This document shows positions 35,130-46,239 of a stretch of 64,000 nt of DNA, one piece after another. The stretch lies in NCBI GenBank assembly GCA_963803975.1, contig CAWDOY010000025.1, positions 32,001 to 96,000 on the forward strand, read 5' to 3'. The first letter of the stretch is position 1; each line of letters starts with the position of its first letter. This DNA is from an uncultured delta proteobacterium. Lineage in GTDB: Bacteria > Desulfobacterota > WTBG01 > CAIYCZ01. The notes below the pieces were generated by a model that was not told the DNA's origin, searched no databases, and worked only from the letters and a program-made list of their open reading frames with translations. The position numbers were made by a program, and so were the translations under genes.

Positions 35130-35170
35130 AAAGCCGGCTCGATGCAATCCGCCGGGCCGGCTTTTTATTT
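35130..35170. terminator. Bidirectional terminator
   Basis: AAAAGCCGGC ... GCCGGCTTTT between convergent genes. Confidence 0.7.
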
Positions 35171-36135
35171 TCAGCGCATCCTGAATTGCAGCGCATCTGC
35201 AGGACATGCTGCAATGCACGCACCGCAGGCATAGCAGTCCGGGCGGAGGCGTTTGCCTGCAAGAATTGCTTCCATTGCTGAGCACGGCGATTTGCTGACA
35301 CACACCCTGCAGTTGTTACACGTTTCTTTGCGCAGACGGATTCTTGCTATCGAGATGTGCTCCAGGAACCACGTTAACGCTCCTATGGGGCAGATGATGT
35401 GACAAAAAGGGCGGTACAGGAAGAGAGATACAACCACGACTATCATTATTACTGCCCAGGCATACAGCGTCCAGAAATCCGTCCCCACGGGCCAGTGCAG
35501 TATCTCGAAGGGATTGAAATAGCCATAGATATACATACCGTAAGCCCAGCAGTAGTGGCACAAACAGAACAAGCAGCCCGATGCGCACGCTGTTGGCGGC
35601 GGCAAAAGGGATCCGGAGTTTTTTGAGCCGCGGGAAGCAGAGATACACTATTTCCTGGAGCGCACCGATCGGGCATACCCAGCCGCAGAACAGCTTGTTC
35701 CCCGCGATGCTTAACAGCGCTATCATGGCAAGCACCCCGGCAAAGACCGGGGGAAATATGAGCCGTCCCTCCTGCAGGCTGAACAGGATGGGTTTGGCGA
35801 ATGCGCACAGCGGGCTTGGATGGGGCGAGAGCCCGGCAAAAAACTCCACGCCATGAAACACCGGCAGCACCGCAAACAGGATGAACACTGCTGTCAGCAG
35901 AATTATTCTTGCCGTGCTTTTTACTCTTACCATCCATGAGCAACAAGCCGCCGCCGATACCCGCCAGCACGCTGAGCCAGATCCTCGGGAACAGCAGATA
36001 CTCGGTAAAGCTGATCATGCGCCTGCCGCCGCCACCATCTTCTGCCCCGACATCCAGGCAGGCTATCAGCAGGAGGATGACGGCACAAAGCAATTGCTGA
36101 ACAGTTTTATCGACACGACGATGCCGGCTTTTCAT
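35171..36135 (-). CDS. Membrane 4Fe-4S protein (NapH/MauN-like), frameshifted
   Basis: FCGWVCPIGALQE, RPFCHIICPIGA, CNNCRVC, CYACGACIAACP. Confidence 0.8.
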
Positions 36136-36319
36136 ATACCCTCGTTTTTTCGTTGCCTCACCAGGCTTTCAGTTCTAACGCTTCATTCCTGTGGTATACT
36201 ATACATAGCACTTTTACTTGACAGCGACAAACAAGTGTTGTTGCATGTATCCGTTGCGACTCCCGGTATTCCCGCTCGCCGGGAAGAACTCCAGCACCAC
36301 ACATAAACAGGTTACCGGC

Positions 36320-37057
36320 ATGAAAAACAAGAAAACAAACACCTGGCTGTCACAGGACAGCACAGATTTAATTGACTACTATCTGAGCTCTGCTGACATC
36401 ATAGTCATCGAGAGAAAAAGGTTCATAAAGCTGCTGACTGACATCATCGGCTATCATTTCACCGGCAATCAAAAGCTTGCGGTCATGGATGCGGGATGCG
36501 GGGACGGCTCCGTTGCCGCGCATGTTATGGAAAAATATCCCGGGCATAGCTTTGTCCTGATGGACGGATCTCTGGAAATGCTCACGCGGGCGCGGGAAAA
36601 ACTGCGCGGCGCAGAAAACGTTTCTTTTCTCTGCCGGAGCTTTGAAGACTTTTGCGATGACAGCGGGGACGGCGCTGCGTATGACGTTATATTTTCGTCA
36701 AATGCCATACATCACCTGGACTTCACCGGCAAGTCCCGGCTTTACAATAAATTTTACAGCGTTCTGAACAGCGGCGGGCTGTTCATCAATTATGACGTGG
36801 TGCAGCCGTCATCCGAAAGAAGCGAGCAGTGGCAGTTCAATATGTGGCGCGACTGGATGAACGAACAGCTTGCCGCCAAAGATCGCGCTGCAGAGCTCGG
36901 CAAACATGACGGGCTGCCTGACCTGTATAAATCAAAAAAGGATAATCATCCGGATTCTCTCTTTGATCAGTTGCAGGTTCTTGAGAAGACCGGGTTCAGG
37001 GATGTTGACTGCTTCTTTAAATACGGCATTTTTGCCCTGTTCGGGGGCACTAAATAA
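36320..37057 (+). CDS. Class I SAM-dependent methyltransferase
   Basis: VMDAGCGDG, YDVIFSSNAIHH, LNSGG. Confidence 0.88.
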   Translation: MKNKKTNTWLSQDSTDLIDYYLSSADIIVIERKRFIKLLTDIIGYHFTGNQKLAVMDAGCGDGSVAAHVMEKYPGHSFVLMDGSLEMLTRAREKLRGAENVSFLCRSFEDFCDDSGDGAAYDVIFSSNAIHHLDFTGKSRLYNKFYSVLNSGGLFINYDVVQPSSERSEQWQFNMWRDWMNEQLAAKDRAAELGKHDGLPDLYKSKKDNHPDSLFDQLQVLEKTGFRDVDCFFKYGIFALFGGTK

Positions 37058-37123
37058 TTCACTGCATCTATCAAGCGGGATAACGACCCAACGCCTGCAA
37101 GGCAGAAGAAACGCCACTATCTG

Positions 37124-37841
37124 CTATTCGATGTCCTCACCGGTGATCCGCTGGAGGGTCTTTTTTGCTGCCTCCTGCTCGGCAGCTTTCTTGTTCCTGC
37201 CCAGGCCGGTCTCATACCGGGTGCTGTTTATGGTAACGTGAACTTCAAACAGCTTGTCATGATCAGGCCCTTCTGTCCTGACAACCTCATACGCAGGGAC
37301 TCCACCCAGTGTTGACTGGCTGTATTCCTGGAGCCGCGACTTATAGTCCTTCAACACACCCTTTTCATGTGCTTCGACAATCAGCTGTTGAAAATGTTTC
37401 TCAATCAGCACAAACGCTTTGTGGTAACCCGCCATCATAATAAACAGCGGCCACAATTGCTTCATAGACATTGGCCAGAATTGATTTCTTTGTTCTTCCC
37501 TGGCTTGCCTCCTCACCGCGTCCCAGCAGCACATAGCTGCCCAGGTCAAACCGGCCGGCAATTGATGCAATGCCCTCTTTATTAACAATAGCCGCCCTGA
37601 GCCGGGAAAGCCCGCCCTCTGAATAGTCCGGGAAACGGTCCATGAGTATGTGCGTAATGACCAGCTCCAGCACGGCATCTCCTAAAAACTCCAGCCGTTC
37701 ATTGCCCATGCTGTCTTCCCCGTCTATTTCATTGGCATAGGACTTATGGGTAAGAGCCTGTTTGAGAAGCGAGCTATTTTGAAAAACATACTCAATCTTT
37801 TCCTGAAGCTCACCAATAGTACTATCGCTGTCGGTTGTCAT
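37124..37841 (-). CDS. rnc: Ribonuclease III (frameshift near 37430)
   Basis: ALTHKS, NERLEFLGDAVL, DYKSRLQE, GPDHDK, KKAAEQEAA. Confidence 0.95.
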
Positions 37842-37860
37842 GTGGTTTCTCCCTGCACCG

Positions 37861-38598
37861 CTACCATATTGCCAGAGCGCTGAAAAACGCAGCCTGCGCT
37901 TCCACCGGCACACTCAGGCCGGCTTTCTGAAACAGCAGGTGCTCAGCACGGGCATTATGAAAGATGATATGCTGCTGCATCGGTATATAATCGAATGGTT
38001 CCTGAGACCGGGTGCTTTTTACCATGTGCTGATACGCATCCCCTGCACAGTCGCGTACGGTCCGTATCATATCGGGCCTGAATTCATCTCGTTCTGCAAG
38101 CCAGATATGCCCCCAGAATGCCGGCATGGCATCTATCCTGAGATCCCGGCAGGCAAGACAGTCCCGGTCAGCAGCCAGCTTCAGCTGCCGGAACAGCAGT
38201 TCCCGCTGCTCATCCGTTCCCTGCGGAAGGTGCACGGCAAGCCGTGTTTTGAGGTTGTCTCTCCGTCCGGTTTGGAGACTGACATTGGTTATTGCTGCAT
38301 CCAAAAACATAACCGGGTAGCCTCTTTTCACCAGGCTCAGCGTTCCTGCCAGACGGATGAAAGAACCGGTGGCTCTCCGTTCCGTATTTTTGTATACTTC
38401 AACCAGTCTCAGGCCCTGGTCTGGAGTGGCATACTTTGAGATTATATTGGTGGAAAATGTTTCATCAAGTTCACTCTGAATAATAAAATCACCATATTTC
38501 TTGAGCCCGGGGATATCGGGAAGAGGGATCAGAAAACTTCTGTCAAGCTGTGACGTCGATGGTGACATAAAACCATCCATAAAATCATTTTTTATCAT
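37861..38598 (-). CDS. Hypothetical protein, possibly remote HemF/bilin-reductase fold
   Basis: Intact ~245-aa ORF with GGAG RBS; weak C-terminal resemblance to the 3563..4318 product. Confidence 0.45.
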   Translation of the reverse strand: MIKNDFMDGFMSPSTSQLDRSFLIPLPDIPGLKKYGDFIIQSELDETFSTNIISKYATPDQGLRLVEVYKNTERRATGSFIRLAGTLSLVKRGYPVMFLDAAITNVSLQTGRRDNLKTRLAVHLPQGTDEQRELLFRQLKLAADRDCLACRDLRIDAMPAFWGHIWLAERDEFRPDMIRTVRDCAGDAYQHMVKSTRSQEPFDYIPMQQHIIFHNARAEHLLFQKAGLSVPVEAQAAFFSALAIW

Positions 38599-38794
38599 GC
38601 ACTCCTCCAAACTTTTTAAATAAGGTTAAATTATATCATGCAAATAATTCTTTAAATAGAAACTTTTTAGTGATATATCTTCTTTTATATAGTACAGCGT
38701 GCGGCATGTAACGGCAGACTTCCAAACTTGGGCGGCGCCTGCACGGTTCAATACAATCACAGAATATAATCTATCAGCTTAAGGGGCACACAGT

Positions 38795-39838
38795 ATGGCA
38801 GCAATGGATATATCTGAACTGCTTTTATTTTCAATCAACCAGGGGGCATCTGACCTGCATCTCAGCGCTGGCGAGCCGCCGATACTGCGCATTCATGGAG
38901 ATATGCGAAAGCTGGAGATGGACTTTCTCACCCAGGACCAGGTCCATAAAATGATCTATGATATTCTCAATGACACCCAGCGCAAGATGCTGGAAGAGCA
39001 TAAGGAACTTGATTTCTCCATAGCCCTCGGAGACTACGGCCGCTTCCGCGTTAATGTTTTCTACCAGAACAGGGGGGAGGCTGCAGTTTTAAGAACAATT
39101 CCCAGCAAGATAATGACCCTGGAGCAGCTGGGACTGCCGCCGGTTGTCCGCCAAATTTGCCGGTATGAACGGGGCCTGGTCCTGGTCACCGGGCCTACCG
39201 GCAGCGGGAAATCAACCACCCTGGCCGCGATGATTGACCTCCTCAATAATGAATATAAAGGCCATATTATTACCATCGAGGATCCTATCGAATTTGTGCA
39301 TGCTTCAAAAAGCTGCCTGATCAGCCAGAGAGAGCTTGGTGCCCACACCAACAGCTTTGCCAATGCCCTGCGCAGTGCTCTCCGGGAAGACCCGGATGTC
39401 ATTCTGGTGGGGGAAATGCGCGATCTTGAAACCATCGCTCTGGCCCTCACCGCTGCTGAGACCGGGCACCTGGTCTTTGCAACCCTGCACACCAATAATG
39501 CGCCCAAAACCATCGACCGTATTATTGATGTGTTCCCGGCAGGACAGCAGGCGCAGATACGCACGCAGTTTTCCGAGACCCTCATGGCCGTCCTCTCGCA
39601 AACCCTGTTTAAGCGCAGGGATGGCACTGGCCGTGTTGCCGCGCTCGAGGTTATGATTGGCACATCTGCCGTCAGGAATCTTATCCGGGAGAACAAAATA
39701 TCGCAGATTCCATCGGCAATGCAGACCGGACAGAAATTCGGCATGCAGACTATGGAGGCCGCTATTAAGGAACTTATCAGCCGTCACCTTATTAATGCAG
39801 AGGACGCTGAAGGCTTTCTCAACACCTCCGGTGTATAG
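38795..39838 (+). CDS. pilT: Type IV pilus retraction ATPase
   Basis: ASDLHL, GPTGSGKST, LREDPD, AVRNLIRE. Confidence 0.95.
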   Translation: MAAMDISELLLFSINQGASDLHLSAGEPPILRIHGDMRKLEMDFLTQDQVHKMIYDILNDTQRKMLEEHKELDFSIALGDYGRFRVNVFYQNRGEAAVLRTIPSKIMTLEQLGLPPVVRQICRYERGLVLVTGPTGSGKSTTLAAMIDLLNNEYKGHIITIEDPIEFVHASKSCLISQRELGAHTNSFANALRSALREDPDVILVGEMRDLETIALALTAAETGHLVFATLHTNNAPKTIDRIIDVFPAGQQAQIRTQFSETLMAVLSQTLFKRRDGTGRVAALEVMIGTSAVRNLIRENKISQIPSAMQTGQKFGMQTMEAAIKELISRHLINAEDAEGFLNTSGV

Positions 39839-39904
39839 GCGCCTGCAGTGAGGCGCTGCCTTTCATAAAGTAAACCCGTTAACCATACGCAGGGAGACAG
39901 TCAT

Positions 39905-41032
39905 ATGATCGTAAGGGACCTCTTAGCTACCATGATGCAGATAAAGGCCTCAGATTTATACCTGACTGCAGACAGCCCCCCCATGTTCAGGGTCGAGGGC
40001 ATCACCCGGCCTGCCAGTGACGCTATGCTGAGTGCTCAGAATGTTGAGGAGATCGCCAATTCAATCATGAGTGAAAAGCAGAAAGCCGCCTTTGCCGAAC
40101 AGCTGGAAATGAACCTTGCCCTTTACTACCCTGATATAGGGCGCTTCCGCGTCAACATTTATCAGCAGCGGAACTGCGTCGGTATTGTTATCCGCGAGAT
40201 CCGTATGGACATACCAAGCATTGATGACTGGAAGCTGCCGCCGATACTGAAAGACATCAGCATGACCAAGCGCGGGCTGGTAATAGTGGTTGGCGGGACC
40301 GGGACCGGTAAATCTACCTCCCTTGCCGCCATGATAGAGTACCGGAATACACATGCTCCAGGGCACATTATCACCATCGAGGACCCTATTGAGTTCATTC
40401 ATCCCCACAAAAAATCAATTGTCTCGCAGCGGGAAATCGGCATGGATACGCATGGCTATGCTGCGGCACTGAAGAATACCATGCGCCAGGCTCCCGATGT
40501 GATCCTCATCGGTGAGATTCGTGACAGCGAGACCATGGAGGCGGCAATTGTATTTTCCGAAACAGGGCACCTGTGTCTCACTACCCTGCACGCAAATAAT
40601 GCCAACCAGGCAATTGAACGAATAATGAATTTCTTTCCCCCGGAGCGGCATGACCAGATCTATTTCCAGCTCTCCCTCAATCTGAGAGCAATCATATCCC
40701 AGCGGCTCATTCCCTCTGTTGATGGCAAACGGGTAGCGGCTATTGAAATTTTACTCGACAGCCCCCGGGCCAAGGATCTCATCATGAAAAAACGGATTGA
40801 TACCCTTAAAGAAGTTATGGCTCAGGGGACCCGTGAAGGCATGCAAACATTCGATCAGGCTATTTTCGACCTGTACAAGACCGGGCGGATAATATACGAG
40901 AATGCTATCGTTTATGCTGACAGTGTCAACGACCTGCGCCTGCGCATTAAATTGGAAGGACTGGCTGATGGAACTGTTTCTTCCGAATCTGCTGATGCGC
41001 TGCGTCTTAAGCCTGATTTCAAGGGGTTGTGA
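39905..41032 (+). CDS. pilU: PilT/PilU family ATPase
   Basis: ASDLY, GGTGTGKST, RQAPD, LHANNANQA, GMQTFDQ. Confidence 0.9.
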   Translation: MIVRDLLATMMQIKASDLYLTADSPPMFRVEGITRPASDAMLSAQNVEEIANSIMSEKQKAAFAEQLEMNLALYYPDIGRFRVNIYQQRNCVGIVIREIRMDIPSIDDWKLPPILKDISMTKRGLVIVVGGTGTGKSTSLAAMIEYRNTHAPGHIITIEDPIEFIHPHKKSIVSQREIGMDTHGYAAALKNTMRQAPDVILIGEIRDSETMEAAIVFSETGHLCLTTLHANNANQAIERIMNFFPPERHDQIYFQLSLNLRAIISQRLIPSVDGKRVAAIEILLDSPRAKDLIMKKRIDTLKEVMAQGTREGMQTFDQAIFDLYKTGRIIYENAIVYADSVNDLRLRIKLEGLADGTVSSESADALRLKPDFKGL

Positions 41033-41102
41033 TAACCTGCCCTCTTTTCCCTTCTCTCCGGCGGAAACCATCTGCTAAAGCTTTTGATATTGAGCGCGCT
41101 AG

Positions 41103-41254
41103 CAGGTTGCTGAAAAAGTAGTTTTCTCCCAGGCTGGTCAAAAACATCCGGATGCAAGGCGCGCGAAAGCGTGAGGAATGAGGCGTACGTTACAGTACGT
41201 CGCAATGACCAAGGATGAGCGCAACAAAGCAGATGGGTGTTTTTCAACAGCCTG
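41103..41254. mobile_element. MITE-like element with 15-bp terminal inverted repeats
   Basis: CAGGTTGCTGAAAAA (41103) and CAGGCTGGTCAAAAA (41130) versus TTTTTCAACAGCCTG (41240-41254); flanked by CTAG and ATAG. Confidence 0.65.
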
Positions 41255-41268
41255 ATAGTAGCTTGCCT

Positions 41269-42606
41269 ATGGCTGCATGTAATCTCTTCCTTGGAATACT
41301 GTCGTTTCTGTTCGCCGTGGTGATGCTGATACTCGATGTAGAACCATTCTCCAGCTGGTTCTACTGCTTTGCCTGGTGGTCATATATACTGGTCATTGAC
41401 AGCATTGTGTTTAAACGGACCGGCTCGTCGCTGCTGCTGCGCAGAACCGGTGAATTTCTTTTTTTGCTGCCGCTATCTGTCGTTATCTGGACGGTATTTG
41501 AAGCCTTCAACCTGCTGCTTAAAAACTGGTACTATGTCAATGTTATTGAAATAACTGCTCTGCGCTGGGCCGGCTACAGCATCTCTTTTGCCACCGTGCT
41601 TCCCGGTATATTCGAGACCGCCGAGTTTCTGGAAAGCACCCGGTGGCTGAAAGCCTGGAAGGTAAAGCCCGTGAGCTTTTCCGCGGCTGTCCGCACTATT
41701 ATCATGCTCGCCGGGGCTGCAAGTCTTGCGCTGTGCATCATCTTTCCGCGCACCTGCTTTCCCCTGGTCTGGTGCGGCTTTTTTCTTTTGTTTGAGCCAA
41801 TTAATTACCGCTGTGGGGCTCCATCACTGTTCAAAGACTGGGAACAGGGCAGCTTGAGAAAACCAATGCTCCTTATGGCCGCAGGCCTGGTCTGCGGCAT
41901 GCTTTGGGAGTTCTGGAACTACTGGGCAGCCACCAAATGGATATATACCGTACCTTTTTTTGATCGCTTTAAAATCTTTGAAATGACTGCTCCGGGCTTT
42001 CTCGGATTTATACCGTTTGCCCTTGAATGCTATGCCATGACCAGCTTTGTGTATCTTTGCCGGAGCAGGCGCGGCTGGGAACATGCTGCCTGCAGCCAAT
42101 ACCGGGAGAGAAGAATACGCCCGCTGGCAGCAGCAGGTATGTCCGTATCCGTCTTTTTGTGGTGCCTGGCAGTATTTAGCGCAATGGATAAAACTACCGT
42201 TGATTCCTATCGGTCCTTTATCCGGGATCTGCCGGCAATAGGGACAGAGAATAAACAGCAGCTTGAGGCCTGCGGCATTATACTGGTCAAGGACCTTCTG
42301 CGGCTGAAGTCCTCCCGGGAAGGGCAGGAAAAGATGGTGCGCTGCGTGTCTGCTGCTCCGAAAGATTTGTCTGCATGGATAGATACCGCAGACATGGTCA
42401 TGCTCAAGGGCATGGGAATTGTTAATTTCCAGCTCCTGTCTAAGGCCGGCATCGCAGATATCCGGGCGCTTGCGTCACAGGAGGCCCCTGCGCTTCACCG
42501 GGAACTTGAAAAGGCGGCAGCACCAGGCCCGGGCCCGGCGCGTATTCCTGATGAGGCGAAACTACGGATCTGGATTGCCGCAGCACAAAATTCAGTTGCT
42601 TTATAA
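41269..42606 (+). CDS. Integral membrane protein with C-terminal DUF4332-like helix-hairpin-helix domain
   Basis: Multiple TM helices, WEFWNYWA, KIFEM; LKGMG..LL..AGI..I..LA. Confidence 0.7.
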   Translation: MAACNLFLGILSFLFAVVMLILDVEPFSSWFYCFAWWSYILVIDSIVFKRTGSSLLLRRTGEFLFLLPLSVVIWTVFEAFNLLLKNWYYVNVIEITALRWAGYSISFATVLPGIFETAEFLESTRWLKAWKVKPVSFSAAVRTIIMLAGAASLALCIIFPRTCFPLVWCGFFLLFEPINYRCGAPSLFKDWEQGSLRKPMLLMAAGLVCGMLWEFWNYWAATKWIYTVPFFDRFKIFEMTAPGFLGFIPFALECYAMTSFVYLCRSRRGWEHAACSQYRERRIRPLAAAGMSVSVFLWCLAVFSAMDKTTVDSYRSFIRDLPAIGTENKQQLEACGIILVKDLLRLKSSREGQEKMVRCVSAAPKDLSAWIDTADMVMLKGMGIVNFQLLSKAGIADIRALASQEAPALHRELEKAAAPGPGPARIPDEAKLRIWIAAAQNSVAL

Positions 42607-42617
42607 AAGGTCTTTGC

Positions 42618-43946
42618 ATGGGTTTGAAACAGCAGACAGGGGTTTTTCGCGCAATCAGTGTTGCCCTGCGGAAGGCAATGATTGAGGTGCCGCAGAAACT
42701 TCTCCATATTATGTTTTTGTCAATAAAACGCTTTTATCACGACAAGCGTTTACTCTGGGCAGCATCCCTTACCTACACCACCATTTTTTCACTGCTGCCG
42801 CTGCTGAGCGTTGTGTTTTTTCTGTTTAAAGTCTTCGGCGGCCTCTCTGACCTTCAGGCGCTGGTACGGCCCTACGTCTATCAAACCATTGCTCCCGGGG
42901 CGCAGGAGAAAGTGATCACCACCCTGAACAATCTGGTGGAGAGCATCAATTTCTCTACCATTGGTGCGCTCGGCACCGGGGTGCTGATTATATCGGTGAT
43001 TCTGCTCCTGAGCGAAATGGAGTATGCGCTCAATGAAATCTGGGTGACGCGTAACCGGCGGCCATTATTTTACCGCATAGCCATGTACTGGACATCGCTC
43101 ACCGTGGGGCCGCTGCTGCTGGCAGTATCACTGGTGATGATGGCCACGCTGCAAAGCAGCAATGCGCTGAAAATTATTGAAGCCTACATTAATATTGACC
43201 TCTTTTCCTGGCTTCCCTATTTTCTGGTGTGGATCGCCTTCACCGGTCTCTATGTATTCATGCCGGGCACCCGGGTGAAATTCAGAGCCGCGCTCACCGG
43301 CGGCTTTATTGCGGGAACGCTGTGGCACCTTGCCGGAAAGGCTTTTACCATATATACGACCCGGTTTGTGTTTTACTATCCCCTGATTTACGGCCCCCTC
43401 TCGGCAATACCCCTGTTCCTGCTCTGGGTCTTCATCAGCTGGATACTCTTCCTGCTGGGGGCCGAGATCGCCTACCACTATGACCATTATGCGTTCTATC
43501 AGGCGGTGTCGCATCCCGTGCGGCTGAACCATGAGGACCGTGAGCACCTGACGCTGCGCATGCTGCTTTTTATTGCCGGGCGCTACCTGCGCTCGCTGCC
43601 GCCGCCATCCCTGCAGATGATTGCGGAAGAGCTGCGCATACCGGTCCATCTGACAGAAGCGCTCACCCTGCCCCTGCGCGCCGGCGGCATTCTCGTTGAG
43701 TCATCACACCAGCAGCGAACCCTGGTTTTCGGCCGTGACCTGCGCACCATTACGGTTGCAGAAATACTCAATATGGTGCGCTGCGACTCATCCCTGCCGC
43801 CCTCGTATCACGCTGACACGGTCGGGCGGTTCCTGCAGCAGAACATCCACACCCCCTATCCTCAGGAGGCCGGTGGCATCGGTGAGAAAAACCTTAAAGA
43901 ACTGCTGCTTGAAGTGGAGCCGAAGCTTCTTCATGAAAGCCGGTGA
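42618..43946 (+). CDS. YihY/BrkB family membrane protein with C-terminal winged-helix
   Basis: AASLTYTTIFSLLP, ALNEIW, YGPLSAIPLFLLW..SW..L.GAE. Confidence 0.9.
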   Translation: MGLKQQTGVFRAISVALRKAMIEVPQKLLHIMFLSIKRFYHDKRLLWAASLTYTTIFSLLPLLSVVFFLFKVFGGLSDLQALVRPYVYQTIAPGAQEKVITTLNNLVESINFSTIGALGTGVLIISVILLLSEMEYALNEIWVTRNRRPLFYRIAMYWTSLTVGPLLLAVSLVMMATLQSSNALKIIEAYINIDLFSWLPYFLVWIAFTGLYVFMPGTRVKFRAALTGGFIAGTLWHLAGKAFTIYTTRFVFYYPLIYGPLSAIPLFLLWVFISWILFLLGAEIAYHYDHYAFYQAVSHPVRLNHEDREHLTLRMLLFIAGRYLRSLPPPSLQMIAEELRIPVHLTEALTLPLRAGGILVESSHQQRTLVFGRDLRTITVAEILNMVRCDSSLPPSYHADTVGRFLQQNIHTPYPQEAGGIGEKNLKELLLEVEPKLLHESR

Positions 43947-44679
43947 GAGCATTTCTGCCGGGCTGGTGCTGGTGGGCACCGTGCATCATGACCCGCATGG
44001 CTATGATAAATTGCAGCGGGTGCTTGCTGTTGTGCAGCCTGATATTATTACTCTGGAACTGAGTCCGTATGGCCGCGGATTTCGCACCAAGCATTCCCGT
44101 AGAGCTGTCTCAGCGCATACTATCTCGAATACCAGTGGTAGCTGGGCCGGGATCAACTCTCCGGCGGCACTGGAGCATCTGCTTGCTACCATTACGTTTC
44201 CCTTTGAATACCGGGCAGTGCGGGATTATGCCGCCTCCCGCAGCGTGCCGTTCTATTGCATTGACCTTTCTCACGTTTCGCGCCACAAAGTGCGTATGCT
44301 TAAAGCAGAAGCCCTCACCGGTCGCAACATAAAAATGCTGCTCGCGCTTTCTGATAAAGAACTCCCGGATTCAGTAACTATGTGTTATAAGAGGGCCGCT
44401 GCAGTGTGGTGTGAGCATCAGGTCTGCCAGCGGCTTCCGTACCTGGCCGGCGACCCGTCGGCTGTGGAACGGGACGAGCATATGAGCAGACGGCTGCGAA
44501 ACCTTTGCAAACAATTGCCGAAGAAAACCATTGTCCACATAGCCGGCTGGGAGCACTGTGCGAACAGCGCCGGTCCGTCAAATCTGTACGGACTGCTGAG
44601 AGATCTCTGCCCGCAGCGGATCCTGCTCGATGAGGCATGGTCAGACAACCGATTGGTCCCTGACGCGCACGGGTCGTAG
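43933..44679 (+). CDS. Hypothetical protein (TraB/GumN-like motifs)
   Basis: LVGTVH, PDIITLE, ERDEHM, HIAGWEH; overlaps the yihY stop. Confidence 0.55.
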   Translation: MKAGESISAGLVLVGTVHHDPHGYDKLQRVLAVVQPDIITLELSPYGRGFRTKHSRRAVSAHTISNTSGSWAGINSPAALEHLLATITFPFEYRAVRDYAASRSVPFYCIDLSHVSRHKVRMLKAEALTGRNIKMLLALSDKELPDSVTMCYKRAAAVWCEHQVCQRLPYLAGDPSAVERDEHMSRRLRNLCKQLPKKTIVHIAGWEHCANSAGPSNLYGLLRDLCPQRILLDEAWSDNRLVPDAHGS

Positions 44680-44761
44680 CGCTTTTATTTTCCGTAACGC
44701 TTAAAAGCTGATTGCTGAGAGCTGACAGCTGATAGCTACATACTACGAAAGGATTGATTAC

Positions 44762-45761
44762 ATGGAGCACAAACCCGTTTACATAAAAGACATCAAGGAG
44801 AAGACCCCGGTGGAAGGCACCTTCCTGGTGAGAGATAAAAATCAGGGCATGAAAAAAAGCGGCAGCCCGTATATCGGCCTGATACTTTCCGACAGGACCG
44901 GTGAGGTGAAGGCGCGCATCTGGGATGATGCGGAAAAATGGGGAAACCTGTTCAGCGAGGGGGACATAATAAAAGTGTCGGCCTGGGCAATACTCTATCA
45001 GGGGTCACTGCAGCTCAATATTACGCGCATTGAGCCGTGTGCAGGGGGCAATCTGGAGGTGTACGATTTTCTGCCGGCCTCACGCATTGACCGGGAGGCG
45101 GCCTTTCAGGAACTGCTCTCATGCATTGACCGGATAGACACTGCCCCGGTCCGGGAGCTTCTGCACAGCGTGTTTGATGACCCGGCGCTGGCGCCCCTGT
45201 TTAAAACGGCTCCGGCGGCAAAAACCCTGCACCACGCCTGTGTCGGCGGCCTGCTGGAGCACACCCTGCAGGTCACGCGGCTCGCCTGGGATGTCTCAGC
45301 GCATTATCCGCACGTGAACCGCGACCTGCTCCTTGCCGGCGCCATGCTCCATGACATTGGCAAAATTTATGAGCTCTCCTGCCGCAACACCTTTGACTAT
45401 ACTGATCAGGGCCGGCTGATAGGCCATATTACCATCGGCGTTGAGATTATCGGCGGCAAAATCGCGCTCATTCCTGAATTCCCTGACGTCGCTCGCGCTC
45501 ATCCTGAAGCACCTGATTCTGAGCCACCACGGGGAGTACATCTTTGCCTCACCGCGTCGCCCGAAAACCCTTGAGGCCCTCCTGCTCAACTATCTGGATG
45601 ACCTTGATTCTAAAATGGAGGGGGTGCGCCAGTTTATTCAGAAAGAAAAAAAGCCGGACACAAAGTGGACCGGCTATAATAAACTTTTTGACCGCTATAT
45701 CTACACGGAAACATTTGTTGCGGATGAGAGCGAGAGCGAAGTGCGTGATGACCAGGAGTAA
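44762..45761 (+). CDS. yhaM: YhaM/Cbf1-like 3'-5' exoribonuclease (OB + HD), frameshift near 45490
   Basis: DRTGEV, APAAK..HH..GGLLEHT, LHDIGK, ILSHHG. Confidence 0.85.
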
Positions 45762-46239
45762 AACAATACGGCTTATTTTTAAAATTGCTGATTTAAACTG
45801 ACCGTTTCGATCACAACATCTCTACTACATCTGTCAATGGTACACTTCATGATGAAGTCATCAATGAATTTAAACTGCTAAACTTCTATCGCTGTTGATA
45901 CATAAGCTGCACTTTTTTCTTTTTCTGCTCATACAATATCTTGATGATCTACTATTTTCGCTATCTACCCTACCTGTTTTTGTTGCACCATTTATAAATT
46001 GTTTAAATTAGAAATGTTTAAAAACCCCGCTGTAATAGTTCTTGAGTTTTATGAATAATTAGATTAATTTTTGCAAAAATAAATAAGCCAAAACCCTCAG
46101 AGCATTTACTAATTAAACTTTCCCAGGGAGGGGCATAGTGATTTTTGGTGTTAAGGGTTGAATGAGTCAATAACCGCCTTCAGGTTGGTCAATACCTGCT
46201 GGCGGTTTTTTATTACTAAACACAAAAGAGGAGAAATCT

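Noticed and set aside
38611..38794. TetR-type operator upstream of the 37861..38598 gene
   Set aside because: Only half-site-like AGAA matches in AT-rich DNA; not distinguishable from chance
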